A stretch of 62,985 bases of DNA, counting the filler, from Rhabdomonas costata (lineage: Eukaryota): the NCBI GenBank assembly GCA_019059605.1. It is 57 parts of 57 records of this genome, joined end to end, with 100 filler letters (N's around TTAATTAATTAA, not from the genome) between each part and the next. Parts side by side here need not be neighbours in the genome. Positions count along the whole stretch, not along the records: positions 61,980 to 62,985 come from JAHMHO010034004.1; 56 more parts are not named here. One strand, given 5' to 3'. Shown one piece after another: positions 62,270 through 62,985 of this stretch. Both the position numbers and the translations under genes were made by a program. Within the stretch, counting starts at the first letter, position 1, and each line of letters opens with the position of its first letter. Below the pieces are notes generated by a model that saw only the letters and a list, made by a program, of their open reading frames with translations, did no database searches and had not been told where the DNA came from.

Positions 62270-62850
62270 GCAGCTTTAGCATGAAGGCATGAGTCACGTA
62301 GTGGATCATGCCGTAATAGGAAGGGCATCTGCGATAGGTTTAGCCTTTTATGCCCCCACGACCGCTAGGGAGTGGGGATTAGCCTTCTGAGTTCAGCATC
62401 TAGGAGGGAGGAACGCAGTGACGACCGACAGCAATGAACCCCAGTGCCCCCAAGTCGAGGATCTTGAATGCATCGGGTATCTTGCATGGACAGGTATCGA
62501 GGGCATGTCTGAGGCACGAAGGCATGACCGAGGCAGGAAGCATGAAGGCACCTGCGGTAGGAAGGCATCAAGGAGTCAGCGAGGGAGCCATGCGTAGAAG
62601 GAAGGCATCTGCGATAGAATACCCCCTTAGACATCCCTTACACGTAGTACTCAGCTTGACATTGAGGCTGTTCCTGCGGAGCCCTTCACCTTGAAGGCAT
62701 TGAAGGAACGTAGCATGGGTGCGTTAGCGAGCCATGCGGAGTAGGAGGGAAGGTAAAGGCATCTTTCTGTGAGGGCATCTTTACACCCCCTACGCATTCT
62801 CAACGCTGGTAGAAGGCGTAACATCAACCCCTAGCCTCACAGAATGCCTC
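62270..62850. repeat. Degenerate CAT/ATG-rich repeat family, copy 2
   Basis: Recurrent GAAGGCAT motif, internal duplicate GGCATCTGCGATAG, and a block shared with about 30391-30428. Confidence 0.55.
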
Positions 62851-62985
62851 GATTCACCCAACCACGAAACAAGAATGCCAAGAACCCTCACACTCTCACT
62901 TCGAGACACATGCACTGTAGAAGCACTGAAGACACAAACCCTCACACCCTTCACACACCCTGGCCCCAAAAACACACACCCCACA

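Noticed and set aside
1..62985. rRNA, tRNA, snRNA or SL RNA genes
   Set aside because: No cloverleaf, rRNA motif or spliced-leader sequence recognised by eye; an Infernal/tRNAscan run is needed to exclude them.

Overview
This window is not a continuous locus. It is 57 unrelated contigs of about 1.0 kb joined by 56 identical synthetic linkers (N44-TTAATTAATTAA-N44, stops in all six frames), so gene order means nothing here. Many contig ends carry G/T-only 5' tails and A/C-only 3' tails, and several have terminal fold-backs, which points to a whole-genome-amplified (probably single-cell) library. The DNA is an intron-rich eukaryotic nuclear genome. Splicing short exons by hand recovers fragments of pescadillo, a DEAD-box helicase, a response-regulator receiver domain, NAD kinase, acetyl-CoA carboxylase, propionyl-CoA carboxylase beta, calpain, two WS/DGAT-like wax ester synthase pieces, ankyrin, PPR and Pumilio repeat proteins, a P4-ATPase, an ODA-DC3-like flagellar EF-hand protein, eIF5B, a WW domain and GRP94. 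The GRP94 sequence suggests Euglenozoa, and the intron density excludes typical kinetoplastids, so a euglenid, diplonemid or symbiontid-type flagellate is inferred. The most interesting signals are (i) an unusual 5' splice-site code, with frequent weak GC donors and pyrimidine at +4, (ii) wax-ester synthesis genes, and (iii) at least two small intronic repeat or MITE-like elements plus decayed repeat families. I found no multi-gene novel system, CRISPR array, rRNA or tRNA. All homology calls are by eye from remembered family motifs; no database search was run.
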